Below are positions 1-8,537 of a stretch of 64,000 bases of DNA, piece by piece. The notes under the pieces are model-generated. The model ran no database searches and was not told the origin of the DNA. It saw only the letters and a program-made list of their open reading frames with translations. Made by a program: the position numbers and the translations under genes. Within the stretch, counting starts at the first letter, position 1. Every line of letters begins with the position of its first letter. The stretch spans positions 6,079 through 70,078 of the forward strand of contig CAMUZE010000001.1 in the NCBI GenBank assembly GCA_947165135.1, given 5' to 3'. This DNA comes from an uncultured Clostridia bacterium. Its GTDB lineage: Bacteria; Bacillota_I; Bacilli_A; RF39; UBA660.

Positions 1-4
1 TCTA

Positions 5-138
5 GGAAGCATTTTGCAAGTGCAAAATAAGTTTGGTGTCACACAAATACTAGGATTTATCTATAAATCTGAGTGTTGTGATACCATCATCTTATCCTGA
101 TAAAAATAGAATAAAAAAAGTGGCTTCTGAGGGAGCAA
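5..138. repeat. Dispersed structured non-coding element, copy 1 (may extend beyond the window start)
   Basis: Clearly homologous to 8538-8671: ttttgcaagtgcaaaa hairpin, tggtgtcaca...tgtgatacca long hairpin, cttatcctgata, cttctgagggagca. Confidence 0.9.
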
Positions 139-160
139 AAGTTGAACAAAAAAAGAATTA

Positions 161-385
161 TTACTCAAATAATTCTTTTGTAATCTTTAATGAAAGTATC
201 TGTATTAAATTATTATCTTCTACTTTCACAAGTTTATTATTCTCCATATAACAAAACATGTATTGTTTAGGATTGTTCTCATTACATAACAAGTAATAGT
301 CAACATCATTGTGTTTAATAATAGAACCAATTACATATTTGTTATCATCACTTAATATAACTACATCAAATCTATCTAGTTTCAT
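161..385 (-). CDS. Small DUF1292-like protein
   Basis: 74 aa; beta-rich pattern (D..KY.I...I......YYLL) followed by a C-terminal helix, reminiscent of DUF1292. Confidence 0.55.
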   Translation of the reverse strand: MKLDRFDVVILSDDNKYVIGSIIKHNDVDYYLLCNENNPKQYMFCYMENNKLVKVEDNNLIQILSLKITKELFE

Positions 386-674
386 TAAAACGTGCTTGTT
401 GCTTTAATGTTTTAATTTGTTCTTTCTGATTGTTGACTTTGATTTTTGCTTCAATTCCATGACCCACAACCAATCCTGCCCATATAGCAGTGAATATTGA
501 ATTAATAATTGCATCTCTAGCATTATTGTTCATGGCATGGCAAAATGCACTAAATAGAAATCCTGTTGAGCAAATGCTAGCCAAAGCAGTGTGAATTATT
601 CCAAATGTTTTTGTAGTTCTAGCTCTTCTTTCTAAATTTATGATTTCGTAAACTTTTTGTTCTTTGTTTTCCAT
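372..674 (-). CDS. Hypothetical membrane protein (2 TM)
   Basis: 100 aa, two hydrophobic segments, GGAGG RBS, own TTGACT-type promoter at about 712-739. Confidence 0.75.
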   Translation of the reverse strand: MENKEQKVYEIINLERRARTTKTFGIIHTALASICSTGFLFSAFCHAMNNNARDAIINSIFTAIWAGLVVGHGIEAKIKVNNQKEQIKTLKQQARFNETR

Positions 675-774
675 TTTAAATATTCCTCCCCCTTTTTAAA
701 AAGTGCTTATGCTATACCAAAAAACGTGTTAAAAGTCAAGTTTACCCAATTACTCTTTACTCTAACAAATGATT

Positions 775-802
775 TTGACAAACAAAAATAATGTGTTATA
801 AT
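775..802 (+). promoter_or_regulatory. Sigma70/SigA promoter with no downstream ORF
   Basis: TTGACA-16 bp-TATAAT with extended TG; preceded by acaaatgatt, shared with 6137-6152. Confidence 0.7.
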
Positions 803-920
803 GCTGTTATCAATCGAAGATTAACCTTTTGAAAGTGGTGTCATTTTTTCTAAAATTAGAAATGTTGCTGCTCCTTAGTCCGATATTATACATTAATTTT
901 AAATATTTTCAACTAAAACT

Positions 921-1364
921 TTACTTTTTATTATTTCTTTCTAGTACTTTATTTTTTTCTCTTGAAGCAGTTAATACCATTTTATCTTTGTGATGATTTG
1001 AATCACCATATAGTTCAGTTTCCCAATGATTACTTTCCCTACCTACACTTATACCTAATTGCTCTAATGTGTTTGCTAAAGTACGATAATCAAATCCCAG
1101 TTCATCTAATGACTTTTCTTGTCCAAATAAAGCAACGTCATAAGAATAATCCAATGTTAATGATACTTGTTCATCATCAACTTTATAACTACATAAAATT
1201 TTCCTTCTTCCTAACTCAGGAAATTCATCTTCATTAAGTATAAATTGTCCTTCTCCATGTAAAGAATTAGATACATTATCTAATAATTGACATATATTGC
1301 GTACATATATTTCCAAACTTAACCTTTCTTCTCTAATACTTTCTTCGGCCTCGTCAAAATACAT
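921..1364 (-). CDS. Hypothetical protein, paralog of 15788..16252
   Basis: Start moved to ATG 1364 behind GGGAGG; shares ILN...F..LG....C.Y and L.LDYS motifs with 15788..16252. Confidence 0.8.
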   Translation of the reverse strand: MYFDEAEESIREERLSLEIYVRNICQLLDNVSNSLHGEGQFILNEDEFPELGRRKILCSYKVDDEQVSLTLDYSYDVALFGQEKSLDELGFDYRTLANTLEQLGISVGRESNHWETELYGDSNHHKDKMVLTASREKNKVLERNNKK

Positions 1365-1370
1365 ATTAAA

Positions 1371-1436
1371 CCCTCCCTTATGTCTTAATATTTTATACAA
1401 AAAGTTTATTTATTTCAATGAAAATCATTTAAAAAG
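1371..1436 (-). promoter_or_regulatory. Cassette promoter+RBS module P1 (copies at 2575-2639 and 3143-3190)
   Basis: Repeated cctccyttatgtcttaatat..tatacaa...tttatttatttcaat = TTGAAA-17-TA(T/A)AAT, leader, GGAGG on the minus strand. Confidence 0.85.
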
Positions 1437-1480
1437 CCATAGTTTTTTATTTTAAACTATGACTCTAATATTTATTTTGT
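1426..1480 (-). repeat. Cassette terminator module T1 (second copy 2108-2168)
   Basis: catttaaaaagccatagttt..aaactatgactctaatatttattttgt in both copies; includes the last codons (TK-stop) of two unrelated genes; hairpin plus U-tract on the minus strand. Confidence 0.9.
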
Positions 1481-2035
1481 AAATTTAGTATCATTTAATT
1501 GTTTTAATCTTCTTGCAAATCCACGTTCTTCAAATTCTTTTGCATACTCTTGAGCAGTAGAAATCCATGCTTTGGACCCAAAATGACTTCCATCTGTAAC
1601 ATCCATTACTTGTGTATTAATATTTTCCAAATTATCATCAAAAAGTTCCATAAGTTTTTCTTTTGTAATATGTTTTTTAATATATTTAAGTCCATATCTA
1701 TAATATCCACCACGTTCATCAACAAATTGGAATTCATCATAAAAAGGTCCAAAACCATCTATTTTTATTTCTTCAGTCGGAATAGTTCTTAACGCTTTCC
1801 TACTATCATCTAAAGACCAAGTTATATATGCAAATTCTTTTAACATATCATAAAAAGCTTTATCTCCGATTTTTCTTTTATTAACAATCATTTCCTTACA
1901 AGATTCTGCACCATGTATCAAATGTTCCATGACTTTATTAACTTCAGAAAAGTCAAGTTTTTCTCCCTTTTTATATTTTTCTACGACATCTTTCATTTCC
2001 CAAAATATTTGTTGCCATGTAAGATATATATCCAT
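1472..2035 (-). CDS. Hypothetical protein, paralog of 12623..13447
   Basis: Shared LKYI....T.EKL..L.D.N...IN and EFE.R...RRLK.LN motifs; own TTGACT-17-TATAAT promoter and GGAGG. Confidence 0.8.
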   Translation of the reverse strand: MDIYLTWQQIFWEMKDVVEKYKKGEKLDFSEVNKVMEHLIHGAESCKEMIVNKRKIGDKAFYDMLKEFAYITWSLDDSRKALRTIPTEEIKIDGFGPFYDEFQFVDERGGYYRYGLKYIKKHITKEKLMELFDDNLENINTQVMDVTDGSHFGSKAWISTAQEYAKEFEERGFARRLKQLNDTKFTK

Positions 2036-2107
2036 ATAATCTTCCTCCTTTATGGCTGTATATTATACAAAAAAAGGTCTTAAAAGTCAATTTTAACCTA
2101 TTTAACC

Positions 2108-2168
2108 CATTTAAAAAGCCATAGTTTTTTTATTTTATTTTAAACTATGACTCTAATATTTATTTTGT
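2108..2168 (-). repeat. Cassette terminator module T1, copy 2
   Basis: Near-identical to 1426-1480 apart from loop length. Confidence 0.9.
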
Positions 2169-2570
2169 TAGTTCTCTTTTAGGGCCATCTGATTTTTCTT
2201 GATATGCCAAATTTGCTTCTAACGTTTTTGAATCTAATTCGACTATCTTCTTTAACATTTTGTCGCAATTATTAAGATGATTTTTAATCCAATAATTTTC
2301 ACGCATTATTTCTTTTGATAAGTATTCTCTATAATCTTCTATCGTCATAAAATCTTCAAAATAATGAAAATCATTATATATGTGTTCTTCTTGATTTTCA
2401 ATGTATTTAACACTATATCTTAAACCTTTACTACAGCCTGTAAAATAATCCTTTCCTTCATAACTTTCTATTACTGTTCCAATTACAAATTCGATATTAA
2501 CTTTATCTTCTTTACCCATAGGAAAACGAGTAAACACCACAACCTTTGTTCCATTTTCTAATACTTCCAT
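2160..2570 (-). CDS. Hypothetical protein, paralog of 13488..13805
   Basis: ME.L.N..KVV, IG.V..S and DF...E.Y..YL.KEI shared; P1 promoter module upstream. Confidence 0.8.
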   Translation of the reverse strand: MEVLENGTKVVVFTRFPMGKEDKVNIEFVIGTVIESYEGKDYFTGCSKGLRYSVKYIENQEEHIYNDFHYFEDFMTIEDYREYLSKEIMRENYWIKNHLNNCDKMLKKIVELDSKTLEANLAYQEKSDGPKRELTK

Positions 2571-2659
2571 AATAACCTCCCTTATGTCTTAATATTATAT
2601 ACAAGTTTTTATTTGTTTGAATAACAATCATTTAAAAAGTTTATACACAATAAAAACTA

Positions 2660-3136
2660 CTAGTTATTTTTATTATTTAGTTTTTCTCTTACTAGACTTT
2701 TTACTTTTGCTCTTTTATTTTCTAAATCTTCCTTTTTAGCTTTTTCATCTAGTCTATTTTTCTTTAATTTTTCTTTATGGTCTATAATTGCTTGCATATG
2801 CCTAATTTTCATTTCTTCTATGTGATATAAATATTCTGCTAATTGTTCATCTGTCATACTTTCCAAAAATTCTAGCATTCCATCTATAGACATCTCTCTA
2901 TAATCTTGAATTAATAAACTTCCTCTTTTAATGATGCCCTCTGGTGCGGCACTACTTAAATTGCAAATATAAGAAGGTGATACTATTGAATATAATGGTG
3001 TTTTAGTAATGATATCTCTTCCAACTATCATACTGTGAACTCCAAAGCCATCTTTTTTACATGTGCGCTTATATTCAAAATAACATTTAAAACCATTATC
3101 TCCTAATATTTTACATACTCCATATTTTTTTTGCAT
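2660..3136 (-). CDS. Hypothetical protein with C-terminal coiled coil
   Basis: 158 aa, GGAGG RBS, P1 promoter module. Confidence 0.8.
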   Translation of the reverse strand: MQKKYGVCKILGDNGFKCYFEYKRTCKKDGFGVHSMIVGRDIITKTPLYSIVSPSYICNLSSAAPEGIIKRGSLLIQDYREMSIDGMLEFLESMTDEQLAEYLYHIEEMKIRHMQAIIDHKEKLKKNRLDEKAKKEDLENKRAKVKSLVREKLNNKNN

Positions 3137-3192
3137 AAATAACCTCCTTTATGTCTTAATATTATATACAATACTTTTATTTATTTCAATAA

Positions 3193-3603
3193 CTATCTTT
3201 TTAACTCTCTTACTTTAATCTTATCTTTCACTCTATTAGCAAGATAAATTCTTGATGTTGTTTCAATATCGCGCTGAAATGAATTATTTAATGATTTTGA
3301 TTTTTCAAACAGTCCTTTTATAGTTTCAGTACTAATATGGTTATCTATAAAATCAATTTTACTATTTTTTAATAATTTTATTAATTCATCATATACAAAA
3401 TATCTATTATCATGATGATATTTACTATTTTGATTTCCATAATCAATATACCATCCGGACAAATGATATAGTTTAAAATCGCGTACGAAATCTGTATATT
3501 CTATAACAAGTATTCCTTCTTGATCTAATTTTTCATACTCTTCTAAAATCATACTATATATTTCTTTTGTTTTATTTAAATATGAATAATCCATAATAAT
3601 CAT
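3193..3603 (-). CDS. Hypothetical protein
   Basis: 136 aa, ends KVRELKR; weak resemblance to the 921/15788 family. Confidence 0.7.
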   Translation of the reverse strand: MIIMDYSYLNKTKEIYSMILEEYEKLDQEGILVIEYTDFVRDFKLYHLSGWYIDYGNQNSKYHHDNRYFVYDELIKLLKNSKIDFIDNHISTETIKGLFEKSKSLNNSFQRDIETTSRIYLANRVKDKIKVRELKR

Positions 3604-3703
3604 AGCATTTCAGTGATATTATAATATCATAAATAATTAAATATATAAAATATTATATAAACAATGAGAAAAGTAGTATAATTTAATTATAGGAGGATGA
3701 AAA

Positions 3704-4081
3704 ATGACTGAAAATAGTAATAAAACTTTAGGAGATTTTATCAATTTTATTGATTATTTAAATTCTTTAAATGATTTTAGTGTAGTAGTTATTAAAAAAA
3801 ATCATGACAAAGTAATATGTGGGATAGTTAAAGAGGGCTGGATGGATAATCCTTCTGAATTAAATATAAGTAAAGATAGTTTATGTAAAGATTTAAGAGA
3901 TGCTTTAATAGATAAATTTGGTGAAGAAATATCACCTGCATATACCCACAGTTTTGCTGGAAATTATGAATATTTAATGAAATTAAAAAATGTTATAATA
4001 AAATTTCCTAACAATCCTGAATATCAAAAATGGATATATAATCAGGTAAATGAAGAACATCAAACTAATCATAAAAGATAA
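3704..4081 (+). CDS. Hypothetical protein (the only plus-strand gene in array 1)
   Basis: 125 aa, AGGAGG RBS, TATAAT upstream. Confidence 0.8.
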   Translation: MTENSNKTLGDFINFIDYLNSLNDFSVVVIKKNHDKVICGIVKEGWMDNPSELNISKDSLCKDLRDALIDKFGEEISPAYTHSFAGNYEYLMKLKNVIIKFPNNPEYQKWIYNQVNEEHQTNHKR

Positions 4082-4339
4082 AAATTTTGTTTTTTAAATG
4101 CTATTATTCTCTATAATGATATTAAAAAATCAAAAGCATTCACAAGAATAACTAATGACTTAAAAGATAGAAAAGTTATTACAAATAATGAACACAGACT
4201 CATATTCAAACCACCAAAACTAATTAGTGAGGGTGCTTTTGAACAAGCACTAAGACATATTAATCAAGAAAATGAACAAGCAGCAGCAGAATTTTATAAG
4301 ATGAATAGTAACTCAAAAGAAAAAGATATTGTTTTGTGA
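4082..4339 (+). pseudogene. Headless open frame / gene remnant
   Basis: 85 sense codons in frame after the 4081 stop, no start codon near the 5' end and no RBS, protein-like composition. Confidence 0.5.
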
Positions 4340-4360
4340 ATCAATATCTTTTAATAATTA
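4316..4360. repeat. Cassette terminator module T2 (copies at 4316-4360, 5031-5075, 5691-5736)
   Basis: aaagaaaaagatattg-loop-caatatctttta.taatta found three times, each abutting a minus-strand stop codon. Confidence 0.9.
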
Positions 4361-4966
4361 TTTTCTTTTTACCAATGTTGGGCCTTGATTTTCTTTTGTG
4401 TCTATTTCTTCAAAATAGTGAGAAAAATCACCATTAGGATATATTTTTACTTCTTTTTGAGAAATAACTTTATCTATTTCTTTTGTTGGTTCTTTTATCA
4501 TTTCTTCAGTTGGTTTATCCAATTCTTTTTTTTCTTCGGTGTTTTGTTCTTCAGTTGTTAATTTATTTTCCATTTGTCTTAACTCGTTTGATAATTTTTT
4601 GATTTTTCTCTTGCAATTACTCTTTTTAATTTTTGATTTAATTAATGAAAAATATTTTTGAATCATACAATTATACGTTTTGTTATCCTTGTTTTCCTCA
4701 TCAATGCTATAAAGCGTCATAGAAGTAATTTTAAAGACAAACCATAACATTATCCCAGCTACAAGATCAGCTGTATATGTAGTAAGAACCCCCACACTAA
4801 CACCAAATAATTCTATTACTGTGCATTCGCCAAAAGTAGAATTAGAACAGCCAACATCATAATTGCATTCGCCACTATACAATCGTTTCATCAAATCATT
4901 AATTTCACTTTTCTTATTTTCTATCATTTTAGAATCAATTGTTTTTTCGGTTTTTATTTTATTCAT
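4358..4966 (-). CDS. Hypothetical membrane/coiled-coil protein
   Basis: Start moved to ATG 4966 behind AAGGGG; hydrophobic pair then coiled coil; ends GPTLVKRK. Confidence 0.8.
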   Translation of the reverse strand: MNKIKTEKTIDSKMIENKKSEINDLMKRLYSGECNYDVGCSNSTFGECTVIELFGVSVGVLTTYTADLVAGIMLWFVFKITSMTLYSIDEENKDNKTYNCMIQKYFSLIKSKIKKSNCKRKIKKLSNELRQMENKLTTEEQNTEEKKELDKPTEEMIKEPTKEIDKVISQKEVKIYPNGDFSHYFEEIDTKENQGPTLVKRK

Positions 4967-5068
4967 AATAATCCCCTTAACGATTGAATTATTATACATT
5001 ATTTATACTTTTTTTGCAAGTTATATTTAAAAAGAAAAAGATATTGATTCACAAGTCAATATCTTTTA

Positions 5069-5626
5069 TTAATTATTTTTTTTATTAGGAACAAGTTTTC
5101 TTTGTGGGCCAACTAATTCTTTGTCTTCTCTGTCAAGCCATATAATATCTTTAAACTCAATGCCTATATTTTTGTAAATTTCTTCTACCTCTTCTTTAGT
5201 AACATTCTCAGTATACCATTCAAAATATTTATTATATAAATCTTCACTATTTTTAAACATCAAAAGATCCCCTTCAACTGTGAATAAATCTATAATATTA
5301 TTTTCATTATTTTCTTTAACCCTTTTAAATCCGAATCTTTCTAAATTCAATACACTATCTAGCATTTTTACCGATTTTGCTGAGCAAGGATCTACATCAT
5401 CTCTTGTTTCAATAAAGTCGGTTAAATATGATAATACCTTAAAAGCATCTTCTCTACTCATTCCATCGGGTAACATAAATGGTTTTTGTGGTAAACCAAT
5501 GTATTCTATAAGCTTTCTACGAGTATATGCTGATTTATGGCAATTTAAATAAACATAATGTAATCTATATATTTTTTGATTACCAATTTTGTGATTTTTT
5601 AATTCAATGCTTGAGTTTTTTTTCAC
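5069..5626 (-). CDS. Hypothetical protein
   Basis: 185 aa, GTG start behind a G-rich RBS, own promoter; ends GPQRKLVPNKKNN. Confidence 0.8.
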   Translation of the reverse strand: MKKNSSIELKNHKIGNQKIYRLHYVYLNCHKSAYTRRKLIEYIGLPQKPFMLPDGMSREDAFKVLSYLTDFIETRDDVDPCSAKSVKMLDSVLNLERFGFKRVKENNENNIIDLFTVEGDLLMFKNSEDLYNKYFEWYTENVTKEEVEEIYKNIGIEFKDIIWLDREDKELVGPQRKLVPNKKNN

Positions 5627-5733
5627 TTTTATCCCCCCCTAATGACTTTATATTATACACTTTTCTATTTTATTTTCAAGTTATATTTCAAAAGAAAAAG
5701 ATATTGGTTTATATTATCAATATCTTTTATTAA

Positions 5734-6081
5734 TTATTTTGTTTTTTGTTTTTCTAATTGTATTATTTCGTTTACAAATTCAAATTCCTTAGAATTAAGC
5801 TTAGCTTCTCTTAATTCCACTTGATTCTCACCATCAGCACATATGTATCCAATTAAATTATCTGAATCTTTTATGTATACAGAAGTTCTGTTAATTCTCA
5901 TAAATGCAAGTTCGTTGAAATCATAATGACACCCCTGACCAATTCTTATATAACCCCCAAGTTTTTCAGAGAACACTATTGTCCCATGTCTTTCACCTTG
6001 CTCTATGATATCATATTCACAAGTTAATATGTTTTTTAAATCTTTTATAATTTCAATTTTTTCAGTTCTTTCTAAATCCAT
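5734..6081 (-). CDS. Hypothetical protein
   Basis: Start moved to ATG 6081 behind GAAAGGA; ends QLEKQKTK. Confidence 0.75.
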   Translation of the reverse strand: MDLERTEKIEIIKDLKNILTCEYDIIEQGERHGTIVFSEKLGGYIRIGQGCHYDFNELAFMRINRTSVYIKDSDNLIGYICADGENQVELREAKLNSKEFEFVNEIIQLEKQKTK

Positions 6082-6146
6082 ACTTATTTTCCTTTCATGT
6101 ATAATAAGTATACCATATATTTGTATTAATTGTTTTACAAATGATT

Positions 6147-6174
6147 TTGACATTCTAAACTTTTATGATATACT
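6147..6174 (+). promoter_or_regulatory. Sigma70/SigA promoter for the putative sRNA
   Basis: TTGACA-16 bp-TATACT with extended TG. Confidence 0.7.
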
Positions 6175-6178
6175 TTGT

Positions 6179-6320
6179 ATGTAACTGAGTTTTATCTCAT
6201 TACATTTGTTTGTAATTGTTTCTCAAACGAGATACACAATTGCTCCATATTGAAATCCCGTCGAACTTTTATAGTTTGACTTGGCATATATAAGGTTTTT
6301 CGATAGAAAAACTTTTTTTG
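6179..6320 (+). ncRNA. Putative structured small RNA (~140 nt), family unrecognised
   Basis: Promoter upstream, three successive hairpins, terminator aaggtttttc-gata-gaaaaactttttt, no credible ORF. Confidence 0.5.
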
Positions 6321-6425
6321 TTGTTTATAAGTGTTTATTGATATTTTAGAAGAGAAAAAAACAAATAAAGTATATGAAAAAGACAAAATAATGATATAAT
6401 ATTAATTAATTTGGAGATGGAAACT

Positions 6426-7328
6426 ATGTATAAGACAAATATTAATTTGAATTTATATAAAACATTTTATGATGTAGCTAAGTATGGTAGTATTTCAAAA
6501 GCAGCACAGTATGGATTTACATCACAACCTGCAATAAGTAAATCAATTAAAAAACTTGAAGAAGAACTTGGAGTTAAACTATTCTATAGAAATTTAAATG
6601 GAGTAGAATTAACTGATAAAGGCAAAGAACTATTATATTTTGTTGAAAAGTCATATAGTAATTTAGTTATAGCAGAAAGAACTATGCTAGAAACTGAAAA
6701 TCTTGAAAGAGGTAAACTATCTATTGGTATGCCATCAAATATTGGATCATTTTTCTTGTTTGATAAAATAATTGATTTTCATAAAAAGTATCCTAAAATA
6801 GAAATAACAATAATAACCGGTTCAACCTCACAACTAATTAATTTACTAGATTCTCACAAAGTTGATTTTGTCATAGATACTTCTCCAATTAATATAAAAA
6901 AGAATGATGAAATTAAAATAGCAAAGTTAGATGAAGTGAGTTATTGCTTTGTTGCTAAAAATGAAAGATATAAAAATATAACAAAGTTAAGTGATTTAAA
7001 AGATAAGCCTTTAATATTACCAATACCAGGAACAGCTAATAGAAAAGATTTAGATGAACTATTAATAAATAAAAAAGTTGAAATAGAAAACGTTATAAAT
7101 ATACACACTAGTGAAATGATAATTTCAGCTGTGAAAAAAGATTTAGGAATAGGTTATATAATTTATAATCTTGTTGAAGATGATATTAAAAATAATGAAT
7201 TAATAAAATTAGATATTAAAGAAGAATTACCAACTGTTCAAATAAATATTGTTTACAATAAAAATTTCTTAACAACTGCTCCTAAGAAATTTATTGAAGA
7301 TTATATAGATAATAATTTCAAATTATAG
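6426..7328 (+). CDS. LysR-family transcriptional regulator
   Basis: N-terminal HTH (SISKAA...SQPAISKSIKKLEEELGVKLF.R) plus substrate-binding domain. Confidence 0.95.
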   Translation: MYKTNINLNLYKTFYDVAKYGSISKAAQYGFTSQPAISKSIKKLEEELGVKLFYRNLNGVELTDKGKELLYFVEKSYSNLVIAERTMLETENLERGKLSIGMPSNIGSFFLFDKIIDFHKKYPKIEITIITGSTSQLINLLDSHKVDFVIDTSPINIKKNDEIKIAKLDEVSYCFVAKNERYKNITKLSDLKDKPLILPIPGTANRKDLDELLINKKVEIENVINIHTSEMIISAVKKDLGIGYIIYNLVEDDIKNNELIKLDIKEELPTVQINIVYNKNFLTTAPKKFIEDYIDNNFKL

Positions 7329-7380
7329 AATCTATATTAAAAAGTTATACCTATAATTTAAAATAATACAAAATATGAAA

Positions 7381-7408
7381 AACGGATATTTGTAAAAAAA
7401 TATCCGTT
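7381..7408. promoter_or_regulatory. Inverted repeat overlapping the promoter of the radical SAM gene
   Basis: aacggatatt-8 nt-aatatccgtt spanning TTGTAA, with TATAAT at 7414; operator or terminator. Confidence 0.5.
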
Positions 7409-7440
7409 CATTTTATAATTTATTTGAAAGGAAGAAAATT

Positions 7441-8430
7441 ATGATTAAAAATTTAGGAACATTTAAAGATTTTAGCGATGGGACTTTAAAAACAGTTTTT
7501 GATGTTGGCGATAAAAAAATAATTGAAATGTCATTATTATTTAATAAAGCAGATAAAGATGTTGTATGTGTACCAACGCATCATTTCTGTAATTTAGGAT
7601 GTAAGATGTGTCATTTAACTAATAAAGGATTAAATAAAAAAATGACTCCAATAAATTCAGAAGACTTTATGGAATGTTTATATAAGTCACTAACAAAAGA
7701 TAATATAAGGAAAACTGATAAAGATAAATTGCTCATATCATTTATGGGAGTGGGGGAACCTTTATTAAATCTTAAATTAATAGAAGAAGTTTATAAAAAA
7801 GAAAATATAATAAAAGAAAAATTGGGGTATAAAGATATAGGATATGCTATTGCGACTATGATGCCTAATGATAATATTTTAAAATTAAAAGAGATGGTTT
7901 GTAGATTAAATATACCACTTAAAGTTCATTTTTCATTGCATACTCCAATTGATAATGAAAGGCGTAATTTAATACCAAGCACAAACGTTTTTGTAGAGGA
8001 TGCATTAGCCTATTTAGTTAATTATAGAAATAGTTTACAATCAAATAAAGAATTGATGGAAAAATATATTAAATTACACACTACAAATGATCCGATTGAG
8101 ATTCATTATACTTTAATTAAAGGAGTAAACGATCAAAAAGAGGAATTAACTAAATTATGTGAATTACTACATAAGTATAATATTCCCATTAAGTTTATTA
8201 GATTTAATCCAACACAAGATATGCAAAGAAGTGAAAATGAAGAAAAATGGGTCAATAAAATTTCTAATAGTGTGCCTGGACTTAGGATTAAAACATATTC
8301 TCCACCTGGCAAAGAAGTAGGTAGTTCTTGTGGCGAATTTACAAAACATTATTATCATGAAGAAATTGAAACAGAAACTCAAAAAGAGGAATTTGAAAAA
8401 TGGAAAGTAAAACATTTAGTGCTTGAATAA
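7441..8430 (+). CDS. RlmN/Cfr-like radical SAM methyltransferase
   Basis: CxxxCxxC (CNLGCKMC), MGVGEP, upstream Cys (VVCVP) and C-terminal SSCGE Cys of class A radical SAM methylases. Confidence 0.85.
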   Translation: MIKNLGTFKDFSDGTLKTVFDVGDKKIIEMSLLFNKADKDVVCVPTHHFCNLGCKMCHLTNKGLNKKMTPINSEDFMECLYKSLTKDNIRKTDKDKLLISFMGVGEPLLNLKLIEEVYKKENIIKEKLGYKDIGYAIATMMPNDNILKLKEMVCRLNIPLKVHFSLHTPIDNERRNLIPSTNVFVEDALAYLVNYRNSLQSNKELMEKYIKLHTTNDPIEIHYTLIKGVNDQKEELTKLCELLHKYNIPIKFIRFNPTQDMQRSENEEKWVNKISNSVPGLRIKTYSPPGKEVGSSCGEFTKHYYHEEIETETQKEEFEKWKVKHLVLE

Positions 8431-8537
8431 AGTAGTAATTTTAAAACCCAATGCTCTCACAGATTTTTTAAAAAAATCAAAAATGGGAGCATTTCTTTCT
8501 TTTAAATAAAGGAATTTCTTGAGTTAAAATGCTTTGT

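Noticed and set aside
6192-6386. 64-aa minus-strand ORF
   Set aside because: No RBS, low-complexity composition, overlaps the structured plus-strand unit.
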